From Macrostomum hystrix (Eukaryota > Animalia > Platyhelminthes): a DNA stretch of 64,000 nt. A program made the position numbers and the translations under genes. Shown one piece after another: positions 33,970 to 46,792 of this stretch (position 1 is the first letter of the stretch; the number at the start of each line of letters is the position of its first letter). The notes beneath the pieces are model-generated. The model had not been told where the DNA came from. It saw only the letters and a list, made by a program, of their open reading frames with translations, and did no database searches. The stretch is from the NCBI GenBank assembly GCA_950097015.1, contig CATNEN010000007.1, forward strand, positions 4,154,001 to 4,218,000, given 5' to 3'.

Positions 33970-35445
33970 ATGGCTGCCCTCGTGAATCATGATCTTATGC
34001 CCCCACTGATTGACATGCAGTTCGCAGAAATAGCTGGTATGTCCCGTGACGAGATGCACATCGCTTCTGTAGTGAGCAATCTGGATAGAGAAATGGAAAC
34101 ATTAGAAATCGAGAGTCCCATTTCGGATGCGGCTGATAGCAACGGCTTGCAAGAACTGATGGACGCGGACCCGGAGAAGTGAGCAACTTAGACGAGCTAG
34201 AAAGTGTAGCTATACAACTGGAGAAGGACAACCAGTGCAAGTCCAGCATTGCGAAGGAGACGGCTGCTATCCAGCGCTTCAATGCTTGGCTGCTGGAGAA
34301 GAATCTCCAAATGAATTTCAAGACGGCACCTGTGCAGGAGATCGCAAAATTCCTTCGCTATTTCTACGCATCGCTGAAGAAGCCAAATGGAAGCTACTAT
34401 TCGCCGAACACGCTGGTGGGTCTACGCGCCGGGCTGTTTCGTCATTTTATGAAGCTTCGAGGGCTGAACATCATTGCTGAGCCTCAATTCCAGAATGCTA
34501 ATTTGACCTTGAAGCACGCCTGCAGCGCCTTTATTCGTGACGGGGGTCGAATTCAGCACTTTAGTGCTTTAGAATGTGAAGATCTACATAGACTCACTGA
34601 CTACTTTACGAGGCGAGATCCTATTCGGCTTCAGGATGAGGTGTACTTTAATACGCTTTACTACTTTGGGAATCGTGGTCGTGAGTGGATCAGAGGCCTA
34701 ACCATGGACTCATTCGAAGAAGTTCGTCTAGCAAATGGTACCGCAGCGGTACTCATGAAGACTGGTGCCAGCAAGAATGTTCGTGGCTCACTCGCCATCA
34801 AGGAGAGCGACGACAACAAAGAGGTTCTAATGGTGGCAATTCCAGGTTCGTCATGCTGTCCTGTCGAGGCATTCCGACTGTATTGCGCCAAGATTCGCGA
34901 AGTTCCCGGGTGGAATGATGAAAGATTTTTTTCTGAGACCAAAAGCTGTCATCGGACGGGATGGACTCTGGTACACCAAACAGCCGGTCGGTGTGAACAG
35001 CCTCGGTCCGATGCTGAAGCGAATTTCGACCAGTGCTGGACTTTCCAAGACTTACACTGCTCACTGTGTCCGTGCGACTGTGGTCACCGAACTGCACAAA
35101 GCCGGCGTTGCTGTCGAGACAATCGCAAAGGTAACGGGGCACAAGGTAAGTGAAACTAAATAAAGTGATTTTATGCATATTTTTTGTAAATTAAAATCAT
35201 ATGCAGCATACGAGCGTACATGTACATGCTGCTTCACTATTTCTCTATAAAAATGCTTCCTTCTGCAGGTCAGTACTTCAGTTGAGCGCTACATCCGTCG
35301 GGGGGAAAAGAGAGAGAGCAAAATGGCGCAGATCAGCACCTGCCTGACGGATTCACTCGCCGGTCACATCGCTGGCTCCTCAAGCACTTTATCAGTGCCA
35401 TCGGTGGCCGCCGGAGAAGATTCGAATACAAGCATTGAAATATAA
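33970..35445 (+). mobile_element. Crypton-type tyrosine recombinase (DUF3504-like) coding region with one intron and two frame breaks
   Basis: LRYFYASLKKPNGSYYSPNTL..LRAGL, FGNRGRE (catalytic R), CPVEAFRLY, WYTKQPVGVNSL..ML, TAHCVRAT (HxxR), TGHK, then intron 35146-35268 (GTAAGT...TGCAG), then VSTSVERY (catalytic Y). Stop at 35443-35445. Frame breaks near 34180 and at the T-run near 34930. Confidence 0.85.
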
Positions 35446-35448
35446 TGC

Positions 35449-36110
35449 GACATCACCTCAGACCGTGGCGCCCAGTTCACGTCGCAGCTGTGGTCCAGCG
35501 AGTCCCGCTTCCTAGGCATGCAGCTGCACCGGACGACAGCCTTTCATCCGCAGGCGGGCTGGTCGTGCGTTTCCACCGGTAACTGAAGGCCGCCCTCGTG
35601 GCGCGGCTGACGGGACTGGCCTGGGTCAGCGAGCTGCCCCGGGTACTACTCGGCAATCTGGACGACCCCCAAGGAGGACCTGGAGGCATCATCGGCCGAG
35701 CTGGTCTATGGAGCACACCTCTGTATGCCTGGCGAGTGTCTGCAGTTTGGACAGCCTGTCGACGGCCACGACCAGTTCCTCGCCCAGCTCTGTGGCGCAG
35801 TTCAAGCTTTCCGGCCGACGCCGACAACGCATCATAACAGCCGCCCGACGGCGTGGCCCGCGGCCCTCGACTCCTGCCCATTTGTTTTCGTCCGGTGGGA
35901 TGGCCATCAAGCTCCGGTGCAGAAGCCCAGCGACGGCCCATTCAAGGTCATCCAGCCGGGCGACAAGACCTTCCTGTTGGACCTGGGCACGTGACGCGAC
36001 CAGGTGTCTGTTGAAAGACTGAAACCGGCGATCCTCGATCTGCGGGAGCAAGTTCCGGCACCGGTTGTGCGGCCTAGAGGCCGCCCACCTCTACAGCTTG
36101 CGGCGCTGCC
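35449..36110 (+). mobile_element. Gypsy integrase core and C-terminal remnant
   Basis: [55 protein letters not shown]....Q.P.DGPFKVI, VSVERLKPA. Frameshifts and stops present. Confidence 0.85.
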
Positions 36111-36214
36111 GACACCGATGACGACCGACGAAACCAGCCCAATGCCAGTCCCTCAATGCAACACCGCTCAGGGTGTGGACACCCTGACGTGAATTTCTCC
36201 GGTTTCACTGAGCA

Positions 36215-36430
36215 AGCCCAAATATTAAGTGCAGCTCAACCACAGAACACTATCGCCTAGTCTGTCAACCAATCAGTCACCACCCAATGCTGTAAGCATT
36301 CAAAGCATTCAGGTACTGACAAAAAATTTTCTGGGTGGAATTCCTTTCCTGAATATTTTTTCGGTCATAGCACTTATTCCCCCCTTGGTATAACAAATGG
36401 ACAGCAAAATGGCTTGGTAGTCCTACCATT
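36215..36430 (+). repeat. Dispersed repeat, also present in the GT92 intron (50835-50995)
   Basis: Shared AAATATTA.G.GCAGCTCAAC, ATCGCCTAGTCTGTCAACCAATCAG.CACCAC and CAGCAAAATGGCTTGGTAGT. Confidence 0.75.
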
Positions 36431-38079
36431 AATAAGCAAATGCCAAACATTTGGATATGTAATTTGAAGTGAGTAAGATGAATGAGAGGTATGTGAGTTT
36501 CAGCAGCCCCCTGGAGGATATATACCTGCATTGCCATCAAAGCTATGCCCATAAAAATTCTACTAAAAAGTTTAAAACAAGCTCTGTTTTAATGACTTTT
36601 TTGTACAAAAATGTGGGCCTACCTGGTAAACAAACAAAAACTTATAGTATGAAAAATGAAAAAAAGTCATAGTATGATTTAGGAAGTAAGATCTATTTTA
36701 AACAGAATCATGCAAAAAACTAAAAAGTTTTAGTTTAATTCTGGTAAACTATAGTTTAAACTTATCCTAAGATTTCTTACAATAAACAATTAAATAATCA
36801 AATATGCTATAATGAAAACAGGCGATTATATGTTGTCTTCTTGCATTCTAAACACAAAATCTTTTAAAAAAAGAAATATAAAAATCGAATGCTAAACTTA
36901 ATTTAAAAAATAATACTATCATTTAATATTACTCTTCTATATTTTGCTTTTATAGCTAGGTATATTATATTTATAGCTAGTTGTTTACAATGAACATTTC
37001 AGAATAGGGTAAATTCTAGAAAATTCATTTTAGAAGATTCCTGCAGAAATTGAAATGCAGAAATTGTAATTAATTTACATAGCATAAATTACTAATTCAT
37101 GCACTAGATCCTATACTATACCATGCGACATAGCTAACTAGCTAAAGTAAAAATATAAACTAGAGTTTCAGTGGTCACCTATATTTCTAAAACTTTCAAA
37201 TCGAAAGTTTCTGGCCAGTGTAGTTCAGTTCATTTGTACAGTGAATAAACCTGTGAAGTAAGTGGAGAATCTGAGACAGTCACTTCACTATAAAGTTAGT
37301 GGCTGTTAGCTAGACATTCAAATATTTACTTCGAAACTTTACATAGAATTAGATACAGAGACTAAGAAAATATTTAAATAAACAATGATACTTTAGATAG
37401 ATATTAACTATCAAGTAGTTAGATCTCTTACACTGGAACGAGCTAACACAGTTTGGCATGTTAGTTATCATTTTGCACTTCACATTTTCATACTTTTATT
37501 TTACATTTCATAAAATGTTTTTAAAAGTGGCTAAAATAATATATTTATTACAGCTATAATGCCCCATATTTTTCATACCAAAATTAAGCGAGATATAGCA
37601 CGAATTTTTATAAAGATAAAGACTTAAAAACGGTTCCAGTTATTTATTAGTAGAATAGACAATAGTGCCAATGAAAGAAAATCGTAGTATTTAGCTTTTA
37701 AAACGTTTTAAATTGTATAAATATTTTAGTTTCTATGCACAATTTTTTTCTTATAATTAAATAATTAGTACAATGAATCGCATGAATCATATCATTAATA
37801 TCAATGATTACAATCCAAGATGTTCGCTGCTCGATCGAAACAATATATAAAAATGATTCGCTATCTGAAAAACTAAAATCGTGCGTCGAGTAAAAGCAAA
37901 ATTTAAACAAATTTTATCGTCTTTTTAAATACGAAGAACCCATTTTTGATCTGATGCTCAATACGGCTAGATACTGAGAAAGTACTGCCTCACTAAAGCT
38001 TTACGATAACATAAAATAACAATGATTGATTTCGACCGTCTGCACCCCTCCAAATCACTGCAAGTGAACATAGCAAATT

Positions 38080-38445
38080 CAAGGACCACTATAGAAGAAG
38101 GACGGGACGCTTTGTTTTTTTGTGTCTTGATTTTCGCGAAAAAATGCACTAGAGTTTCACATGAATAAGTTGATAACTTTTTATTGGAAGCAGATCCAAT
38201 GCTGTTATTTAATATATCTAGCAAAACATATGTTGCTTCTATGAATAATTGATCCTCATTGATCCTCATGTATATTTATCCTGAATCACAATAGCAACCA
38301 AATCAAGCATAAATTTAGCCTATAGCTTGGCCTACTGATTTGTTAAGTAAAAAATCTACAAAATTATCGTTATACACTTATACTTGATTAGAAAGTGACT
38401 GTTAAATTAAGTTAGTCACAAGATGGCAATTGACTGGATATTGTG
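38080..38445 (+). repeat. Dispersed AT-rich repeat, copy of 13744-14155
   Basis: Shared blocks AGGACCACTA, ACGGGAC.CTTTGTTT and CACTTATACTTGATTAGAAAGTGACTGT.AAATTAAGTTAGTCAC.AGAT. Confidence 0.75.
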
Positions 38446-38459
38446 TTTGAACGATGCAT

Positions 38460-39890
38460 TTGCAGCGCCTGATCGGCTTTTGCGGACAGGAGTACTCGCT
38501 ATGCGGCTCACTGACTGTGGCGCAGACAATCGAGCTGGCCCATGCAGATCAGTTGCAATAGTCGTCTCGAGACATGGGGAAGACGAAGCGAATAGGCTGC
38601 TGTCAGCGCATCGACTGACAAAATTGGTGGATATGAAGGTTTCAAACCTCAGCGTTGGCATTTTGCGAAAGTTGTGCACAGCCATTTCACTTATCGGGGA
38701 CGCCAAGGTTCTGTTCCTCGACGAGCCAACTACCGGAGTGGATCCGCTCTCTAGGTGGCTGATTTGGAAGTTGCTACAGGAATATAAAGCCAAGTCTTCT
38801 GTTGTGCTGAGCACTCAGGCAATGGATGATGCCGACGTGCCTGTCTGGTGGAGCTGTCCTTTGTGCCGGGTCTTCAATTTTTCTGAAAAGCGCATTTGAC
38901 TGCGGCTTCCATTTCAACGTCACGGTGAAGCAGACAAATTACGTTGCGCTACTGACCAAGCGATTCGAAAACGATTTTTTAAAAATTAAAAATTAAGAAC
39001 ACATTTTCTTCTAACAGTCTGAGCTTTCACCTACCGGCCACGGAGATCCATATGCTGCCCACTCGGGCAAACGCTTTTGAACGAAGAAATGACTATATAA
39101 GCTCGTTCGGATTGGTTCAAAATTCGCTTTACGATATCTTCATGCGGCTACGAGACTTGACGCCCGACGAGGTCGAAAAGCTGTTCAACGAGGGCCGCGT
39201 TGGACTTCTAGTTAATGAAGACGAACGGAGTAAATACCCGAATGAGTCTCATCGATCTCCTTCAAGTCTAAGCATGTCAATTGACGAGATAGAGGGGATG
39301 ACTCAGCCTTCGTTTTGCATGCGATTTCAAGCGATAGACAAAGTCAGTTTTCTGCGCGGGATCCGATCTTGGAGTCGTCTTGTCACTCGAATCATTCACT
39401 TGGTCTGTGTACCAAGCCCTGTGTTCCCATGATCATTCCGGCGGTAACAAAAGCGTCGTCAATCGGAACAACTTTTAGGCTCTAGAAATTCACGTTGATG
39501 CCGATGTTTACAAGTCATCCAAGAGCAGGATCAGTTGGGCCACATCAAGTCAGCTTGCTACTCAGCCAACTGCCCGGCAGCAGTGTCCGATCATTTTCAC
39601 TGACAACTGGAATTGCGCCCTCTTAAATCATCCTCGCAAATTTATCACAGATTCGCTCAGCACTCGTCACGTGACGCGTCCGCCGCTCAGGGTGCGTATA
39701 CGAAGTTTTCCAGGCTTGTTGGGAATAATTCATTAGACAATTCCTGCAAGGTGGTCACTGTGTCGATGTGTAATTACCGGAGCATGCTTATTCCACTATA
39801 CGCAGCTTTTATGCAACAGATTATTATCGCCTTAGTCCCAGCTACGTTCTTTGATGACCTTCTTGAAGACAGAGACACCAAGGTCAGCAA
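38460..39890 (+). pseudogene. ABCA-subfamily transporter fragments: NBD1 C-half, regulatory region, second-half TM segments
   Basis: LSVGILRKLCTAISLIGDAKVLFLDEPTTGVDPLSRWLIWKLL...VVLSTQAMDDAD; SSFGLVQNSLYDIFMRL; IIIALVPATFFDDLLEDRDTK. No Walker A, and the signature motif and H-loop are degenerate. Confidence 0.65.
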
Positions 39891-40667
39891 CCAATAGTCT
39901 TCAATGGGCATGGGAAAAGCTCAGTACTGGATGAGTATGAGTATGGGGTGGATTTCATTGGATTGAGTTGGATGTCATTGGAGTGGTTGGGTGTCACTGG
40001 AGTGAGGTGGATGTCACTGGAGTGAGGTGGTTGTCAGGGAGTGGGGTGTATGTCGGTGGATTGGTTGGGGTCTGGGTTGAATAATTAAAATCAGCAATGA
40101 GACGCCATTAGGCCGCGTCCAATTTGCCCTGAACTGCATGCGAACCCGTGCGCATCAACATGTTAGCCTAAAGTTCCACCAAATTCACTGCAAACCAAGT
40201 GCGGGGGCTTAAAGTTGATTGACAAATTTTTCAATGCTTTGAGAGGAGAAACGTTGCGATGTGAAAAAAACAACTGCAAGGCAAAAAAGTTGCTGGCACA
40301 AGCAGCAGAAGGCTGGGCTTGTACAATTGGAACTGCTTCAACCGCGTAGCTGCTTGGGTATTGTTCCAATCATAAAGGAAGCTGGACTGGCTCTGCTTCT
40401 CTCTGCTCTTGAAGCATTTTAGACAATAAATAGCAGCTGAAGCTGCAGGAAGAACTGGGTGCCGACTCAGCCAGTCGATTTTGCATGACTTTCGGCAGAA
40501 GAAGAAAATCAGCAAGAGAAGAATGCAGAAGAGGCGACTGGCCGGCAAGGAGCTCTTCAAGAGCCTGTGAGCCTTCCATGCGTCTGTCTCACCTGCCTCT
40601 CCTCTCTACTTCTCTGTCTACTCCTAAAAGTAGCAGTTGCCGACTCTTGCCAGTCTGCATTCCAATG

Positions 40668-41150
40668 AGTCTAGATCCCCACCAATCTACATCCCAGTTA
40701 GTCTAGATCCCCACCAATGTGCATCCCAATGAGTCTAGATCCTCACCAATCTACATCTCATTGAGTCTAGATCCCCACCAATCTACATCCCAATGAGTCT
40801 AGATCCTCACCAATCTGCATCCCAATGAGTCTAGATCCCCACCAATCTGCATCCCAATGAGTCTAGATCCTCACCAATCTACATCCCAATGAGTCTAGAT
40901 CCCCACCAATCTGCATCCCAATGAGTCTAGATCCCCACCAATCTGCATCCCAATGAGTCTAGATCCCCACCAATCTGCATCCCAATGAGTCTAGATCCTC
41001 ACCAATGTGCATCCCAATGAGTCTAGATCCCCACCAATCTGCATCCCAATGAGTCTAGATCCTCACCAATGTGCATCCCAATGAGTCTAGATCCCCACCA
41101 ATCTACATCCCAATGAGTCTAGATCCCCACCAATCTGCATCCCCGTGAGT
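40668..41150. repeat. 32-bp minisatellite GAGTCTAGATCCCCACCAATCTGCATCCCAAT, about 15 copies
   Basis: Periodicity of 32 confirmed between successive GAGTCTAG motifs. Confidence 0.93.
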
Positions 41151-41880
41151 CCGGCCACGGAGCAGTTCAAATCCCTTGTTGGTTAACTCCTGCGGTTAAA
41201 AAATTCAAAAATCCAAAACATCAAATTAAATATTAATTTGCACATTGATGATCAGAGACACAGCTTTTGTTAATCCCCGGTGAATATTATTTTGTGTAGA
41301 AATAAATTAACTTTCTTTAATTAAAAGTGTCATAAATAGTTAATTGTATTGTTGTGTCTCTCCTAGAAACGTGCTATATACTCGTAGATGTCCATCTTTA
41401 GCTAGCGATCGAGATTCTCAGTCGCAATTCACTTCATTAAATTATTGTGTCAAAGTCAACTAGACATTGAATAAAAAATGGAAACCAAATTTTGGTGAGT
41501 TTATTGTTTTTTAGAAAAAATTTAACTTCCTCACCTGTTGGATGATGAGTAATGGTTCATCAAAAAAGTTACAATTTGAAATCAAATTTTGGTTTCAAAA
41601 TCACTTCGTGGGAATCTCCCCTAATTGATAATCCCACCGGCATGATAATCTGGGATCATCTCTTCTGCGAGCTAGATAATCTCCTTGCAGGATAATCTCA
41701 CTAAAGGAAAATCTTCCTACACAATAAATTTAGTACTGCTGCTTGACAATCTACATATGAAAAATGTTTTGTTCCTCTATCGCCCGCTCATTTGAGGGGC
41801 ATTCACACATCTTATTAACTCATAAAAAGCATCTTCAAAACTTCTAAAAAAGCAAAAGCTGTTTTAACAGGGTCACGCAG

Positions 41881-44800
41881 GTGATGGTAGCTCGAAACTC
41901 GCACAGCCTGTTCAACCTGACAACCCTGAAGAACATCAAAGACTTTCACGCCACAATGAACGAATTCGACGACTCCGGCTGGGCGCCAATCCATCGGGCG
42001 GCCGAGCGCGGCCTCGTCGCCTCCGTGGAGCGATTCGCCGCGGCAAACCCGGCGCAGCTCGAGCTGCCAACACGCGACCGGGACCGCCTGACACCCCTGC
42101 TGGTGGCGGCCGTCAGCGGACAGGCGGCCGTCCTTTGGTTGCTGGCCAGACACGGCGCCAGGCTGGATGCCACATCGGCGCTGGGAGCCGGAGTCGTCGA
42201 CTTGGCTGCCGGAGCCAGTCGAGGCGAAGCTGTGGCCGCCCTGTTGAAGCTGCTGGGCGGGTCGGGCGTGTGGCCGACGCTTTTGCGGCAGCTGGCGTCG
42301 ACAACAGAGTCGGACGCGCTGGCCGGAGCCGCCTGCCTGCGACGCCTCCTGCGCAATCGGCAGAGAGACGGCCGGAGGTGGTCGAGGCCGGTTTCGTCAA
42401 GTCGGCGACGGCGGCGCTCCGCTGGGCGGCAGCGCCACGCGGCGCCACGCCACGCTCGGGCGAGGCCGCACTCCGTCTCCTGACTGGCGGCTTGAGCTGT
42501 TCCAAACTGCAGGCTGACCTGCTGGCCTCCGCGGAGACTCTGCCGGCCATCAATCGGCTGCTGCTGGTGTCAAGGCCCGTTGACTGGCCGGAGCTGGATG
42601 CTCACTGGCGGCTACTCGGCGCCGCCGGCCGCTGCCTTCGCAGCCTGGCCAGCTGGCCGCAGCTGGCGCTCGCCTGCTCTGCGGCGGGCATCGGCACCAG
42701 CCTCTGCCGCTGCTTGACACGACTGTCGGAGGCCAGTGTAAGCGGCATCGAAGGTGAGGTTCCATCAGCGCCGCCGCTCGAGCTGATGGCTGAACTGGTT
42801 GAAGCTCTGGCTTGTCTGGCAGAGGTGAGCTCAGAATGCTCAGGATTGTTCATAGATTTGCTAATGACATGAATTTTATCCACTGTTTTAAGTCCGTGCC
42901 GGACCAGAAATCGGTCATCGGTCGCGAGCCCGGCGCCGTCCGCTGCCTGTCCGAGCTCTTTCGCAATCCGGACGGCACGCCCAGGCTGCACAGGAGCCTC
43001 TTGCGCGGCTTGGTACACGCGACTGCCGCTCTGGCCAGTGGCCACTCGGGTGAGTACGTGCGGCCGGTCTAGTGTACTTTTATTTCCACACAGTATAGTT
43101 TTATCTATAAATTGTGTACTTTTATCTATAAATTGTGTACTTTTATCTATAAATTGTGTACCTTTATCTATAAACTGTGTACTTTTATCTATAAATTGTG
43201 TACTTTTATCTATAAATTGTGTACTTTTATCTATAAATCGTGTACTTTTATCTATAAATCGTGTACTTTTATCTATAGTGGTGTACTTTTATCTATAAAT
43301 AGTGTACTTTTATCTCTTCACAGTGTAATTTTATTTTTAAAGATTGTACTGCTTTCTATATAGTGTACTGTTTTTTAAGCATAATTGTACTTTTATTTCC
43401 ATATGGTGTACTTTTTCCATATAGTGTACTTTTACTTCCAAACAGTTATATTTTGGTTCGATCGGGAGCGACTGACTTGGCATACTTTTACCGCAATATA
43501 CGCTCGTAGATTGTATACAATTAAATCTAGCGCACGTTTAGTTATTTGACGTATATATTTTTTATCAAAAGAACCGTCAAAGTCCAGTCCATGGACTGAA
43601 CTGCTATATGAAGACTCGCGCCCACGCAATAGCTGCGGCAGTGCCACTGGCTGGCTTGCCGCAGAGTTTACATTCGAGGTGTAAGCATGTGCCACAAATC
43701 TCTGAAATGTCACTCTGTCACACTCGCAGCCAATCAGATTCGCCTAGTCGAGGCGGGCGCCGGGTCCAGTCTGGTGTTTCTCTGCCGGGCCAAGCAGCCA
43801 GAGCTGCAGCTGGCTGTCATGTCTGCCATTCGCTTGCTAGCCAGAAGGAATCCCACGGCGCAGCGTTCCCTGACAGCCGACGGCGCGATCTGGCCTTTGC
43901 TGGCTCATCTGAGACGGGTGCGAACACGCGACCTACAGGCGATTAGCGCGCGCGCAGTCTGGACGCTGGCCGGCGCTGATGAGAACCGTCGACGCGAGGT
44001 TGCAGTCGCCATGGGTGTCGACCTTCTTCTGGACTTTCTACAGGTGTGCCTTAGTTGTGAACAGGGAACAGTAAAAGACCCTTATATTATTTTTCAATCG
44101 TTCAATTTTTTGCTGTACCGCGCAGGTGAAGCACCAGCCGATCTACCTGCTGATGGAGCAGGCCAAAGCAGCCGACGCTGACGCTGCTTCAGCGACTCCA
44201 GAGGCGGCCGCAGAGGCGGCGCAGCGCAAAGCGGCGGTGGCTGCCACTCTGCGCCTGCTGTCAGACCGCATGCCGGAGGCGTACACCCGCGGCGTCGAGT
44301 TTGTGAGCTACTTACCCTGGAAGAGTCGTACCTAAGGAATCCCAGCAGGAGTCGTACCTAGGGAATCTCTCCTGTTTCCTTTCGCAGACCAGCGAGGAGC
44401 ACCTGCAGCTCATCGCGGCTGACGGTCTTGGCGTCCTGGCCGAAGGTCCACACTCGCTGCGGGACCGCATCGTGGACAGCCGAGGCCTGCCGGCTCTCGT
44501 GCGGCTTCTCCGGTCGGACAGGCCGGCCGTTGCCGAACTCGCCGCAGTTGCCATGCGGCGACTGAGCGTCGGAGTAGGGGACTGGCCCGACCGTCGGGTT
44601 CAGAGCCTTCTGCTGGCTGGCATCGGCGGCGACGCCATCGTAGGCGGCGACGCTTCGGACGGCGTCGGCGACGGCGGAAACGGCGGTGGTTTAACAACGA
44701 AGTGAGTCGAGGCAAATAAAAAAGTGAAATTCAAGGCAAACTGGCATGCACCACGTCGTTGGCTACGTGCGAATTCGTGTCTGTATTTGTTCAGGGGAGT

Positions 44801-46792
44801 GTGTGCTCACTACTGTTTGCTCAGGGGAGTGTGTGCTCACTACTGTTTGCTCAGGGGAGTGTGTGCTCACTACTGTTTGCTCAGGGGAGTGTGTGCTCAC
44901 TACTGTTTGCTCAGGGGAGTGTGTGCTCACTACTGTTTGCTCAGGGGAGTGTGTGCTCACTACTGTTTGCTCAAGGGAGAGTGTGTTGGCTACACTTCAA
45001 TTTTCTGAAAAGTTTAAGTTACTATTTGTGCTGCGTTCTCAAACCCACGCAGCAGCGGTAGCAGCGGCCTCCGTGCCCTTGCCTGGCTGGCGACGTCGCC
45101 GGCGACTCGCCACGAGTCCAGTCTGCGACTCCTAGCGACGAGGGCGGCGGCTGCCGCAGTGCACGACAATCCAGCGGCGGAGGCGGCTCTAGATGGCTTT
45201 GACGGGTTCAGCAGTGTCGTCTACCCGGAGCTGCTGTCACGGCTAGAAGAGGATCGGCATCCTGATCGTCGAGAGGTGGAAGATCAAGACAACGACGGCG
45301 AAGAAGGTGCCGATTCTGAAGACTTTAGAGAGCCGTCGACCTGGCAACTTCGACGCCTAGCCACGTCAGCTCTGACGGCGCTGGCTGCCCGCAGTTCGCG
45401 TCAGCGTCGCCGAATTCGGGCAGCCGGCGGACTCGGCCCGGTGGCACGCGAAGCACTGCTCTTTAGAGCGCGCCGACACCCGGACGAGGGTGTCAGGTCC
45501 ACCGCCGCCTATCAGGTCTGGCGAGTTCGATTGCTTCATCACAATGAGTCAGATTTGACAGATTAGCCATCCATTCATTACAGTCCATTGTCCTGAGCCA
45601 CCTGATGAAATCCGATGGACCGCCTCCGCCGGATTCAACTGCAGTGGCCGGCCGCGGCCTCCAGACCCTGACTGAGCTGCTGCTGCGTCTCAGCGGCCGG
45701 CGTCATCCCCGCCAGCAGTCGGACGAGGCTAGCGCGGTTGAGCCGCCAGCTGCTGCTTTTCAGTCGCGCGTCTGCGAACTACTCGCCCGACTGGCCGCTT
45801 CGACGAACTTCGGCAGCGGAAGCGGTGGAGGCGGAGGCAGCGGCATCCCGGACGCTCTGATCGCGGCCGGTGCCGTCGTCGGCCTCGCTGACTTGGTCTC
45901 CGGCGGAGAGTCGGTGCCATCAGCGGTGCGCGGTCGCGCCTGCGCCGCCCTTGCGCTGCTGTCGCACAATCCGACTGGACGGCGTCAGCTGATCGCGGCA
46001 GCCAGGCGGACGCCGCAGCTGATGCGGCTTGTGCTGGGACGCGGCGAGTTCCCTGATTGCGGTCGCGCTGATCAGCGACTGGCGGACGACTGGGAGGAAC
46101 GGCGGCGACTACTGCCGCGTATTGAGTTAGTTCAAGTATTTCTCGTCCCTTTCCCGGAATGCTTTTTCTTTAGGATTATGCCTTACCTGATGGAAATTTA
46201 CTTTGATTGGAAACATCTTCACTGCCTCTTCTGCCAGTCATCACCATCTGCAATATTTTCTCTCTTTAGAATCACCCACCCCACTCCTCTCTCTAGTCAG
46301 GCATCAACCACCCCACTCCTCTCTCTTGCCAGTCTAAACTACCCCACTCATTCCTAGCCAGGCATCTACCACCCCACTCCTCTCTCTAGCCAGGCATCAA
46401 CCACCCCACTCCTTTATCTAGCCAGACATCACCCACCCCACTCCTCTCTCTCAGCCAGACATCACCCACCCTACTCCTCTCTCTAGCAAGGCGTCACCCG
46501 CCCACTCCTTTCTCTAGCCATGCATCACACAACCCTCTTTGTAATTACTACTACTGTATAACAACGCCAACGAAATTACTCTATCAGGCCGGCGCGAACT
46601 CAGCTGGTGACTCGTCGAGCACCTGGTGGATCCGGCCGTGGCGGCGGCAGTGGCGGCCAACGCGATCGTGAGCGCGAGCCAACTGGCGTCTCCCTGGCTG
46701 CCTCTTCAGCCAACGAGGTCGCGGCGCCGCTGGATGCAACAGAATTGGCGGCAGCTGGAAGCGACAGCGAAGTGGAGACAGACTCCGATTGA
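41881..46792 (+). CDS. ANKAR: Ankyrin and armadillo repeat-containing protein (ANKAR-like), C-terminal part
   Basis: Exons 41881-42824 (one frameshift near 42345-42375), 42893-43049, 43730-44043, 44126-44302, 44388-44701, 45053-45515, 45584-46125 and 46588-46792 with consistent phases. Ankyrin motifs GWAPIHRAA and TPLLVAAVSG; ARM motifs VWPTLLRQL, VWTLAG, GLPALVRLLRS and GIPDALIAAG...ACAALALLSHN. Confidence 0.75.
43098..43440. repeat. 21-bp minisatellite TTTTATCTATAAATTGTGTAC in an ANKAR intron
   Basis: Tandem copies decaying toward the 3-prime side. Confidence 0.88.
44790..44975. repeat. 30-bp minisatellite TCAGGGGAGTGTGTGCTCACTACTGTTTGC, 6 copies, in an ANKAR intron
   Basis: Perfect tandem copies. 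Confidence 0.93.
46270..46520. repeat. Degenerate ~35-bp repeat (CACCCCACTCCTCTCTCTAGCCAGGCATC) in the last ANKAR intron
   Basis: Loose tandem copies. Confidence 0.7.

Noticed and set aside
34170-34935. Programmed ribosomal frameshifting in the Crypton ORF
   Set aside because: No clear slippery heptamer plus downstream structure. Decay or a homopolymer sequencing error is simpler.
36480-37960. AT-rich stretch as an origin or regulatory island
   Set aside because: No discernible periodicity or motif; ordinary intergenic DNA or decayed repeats.
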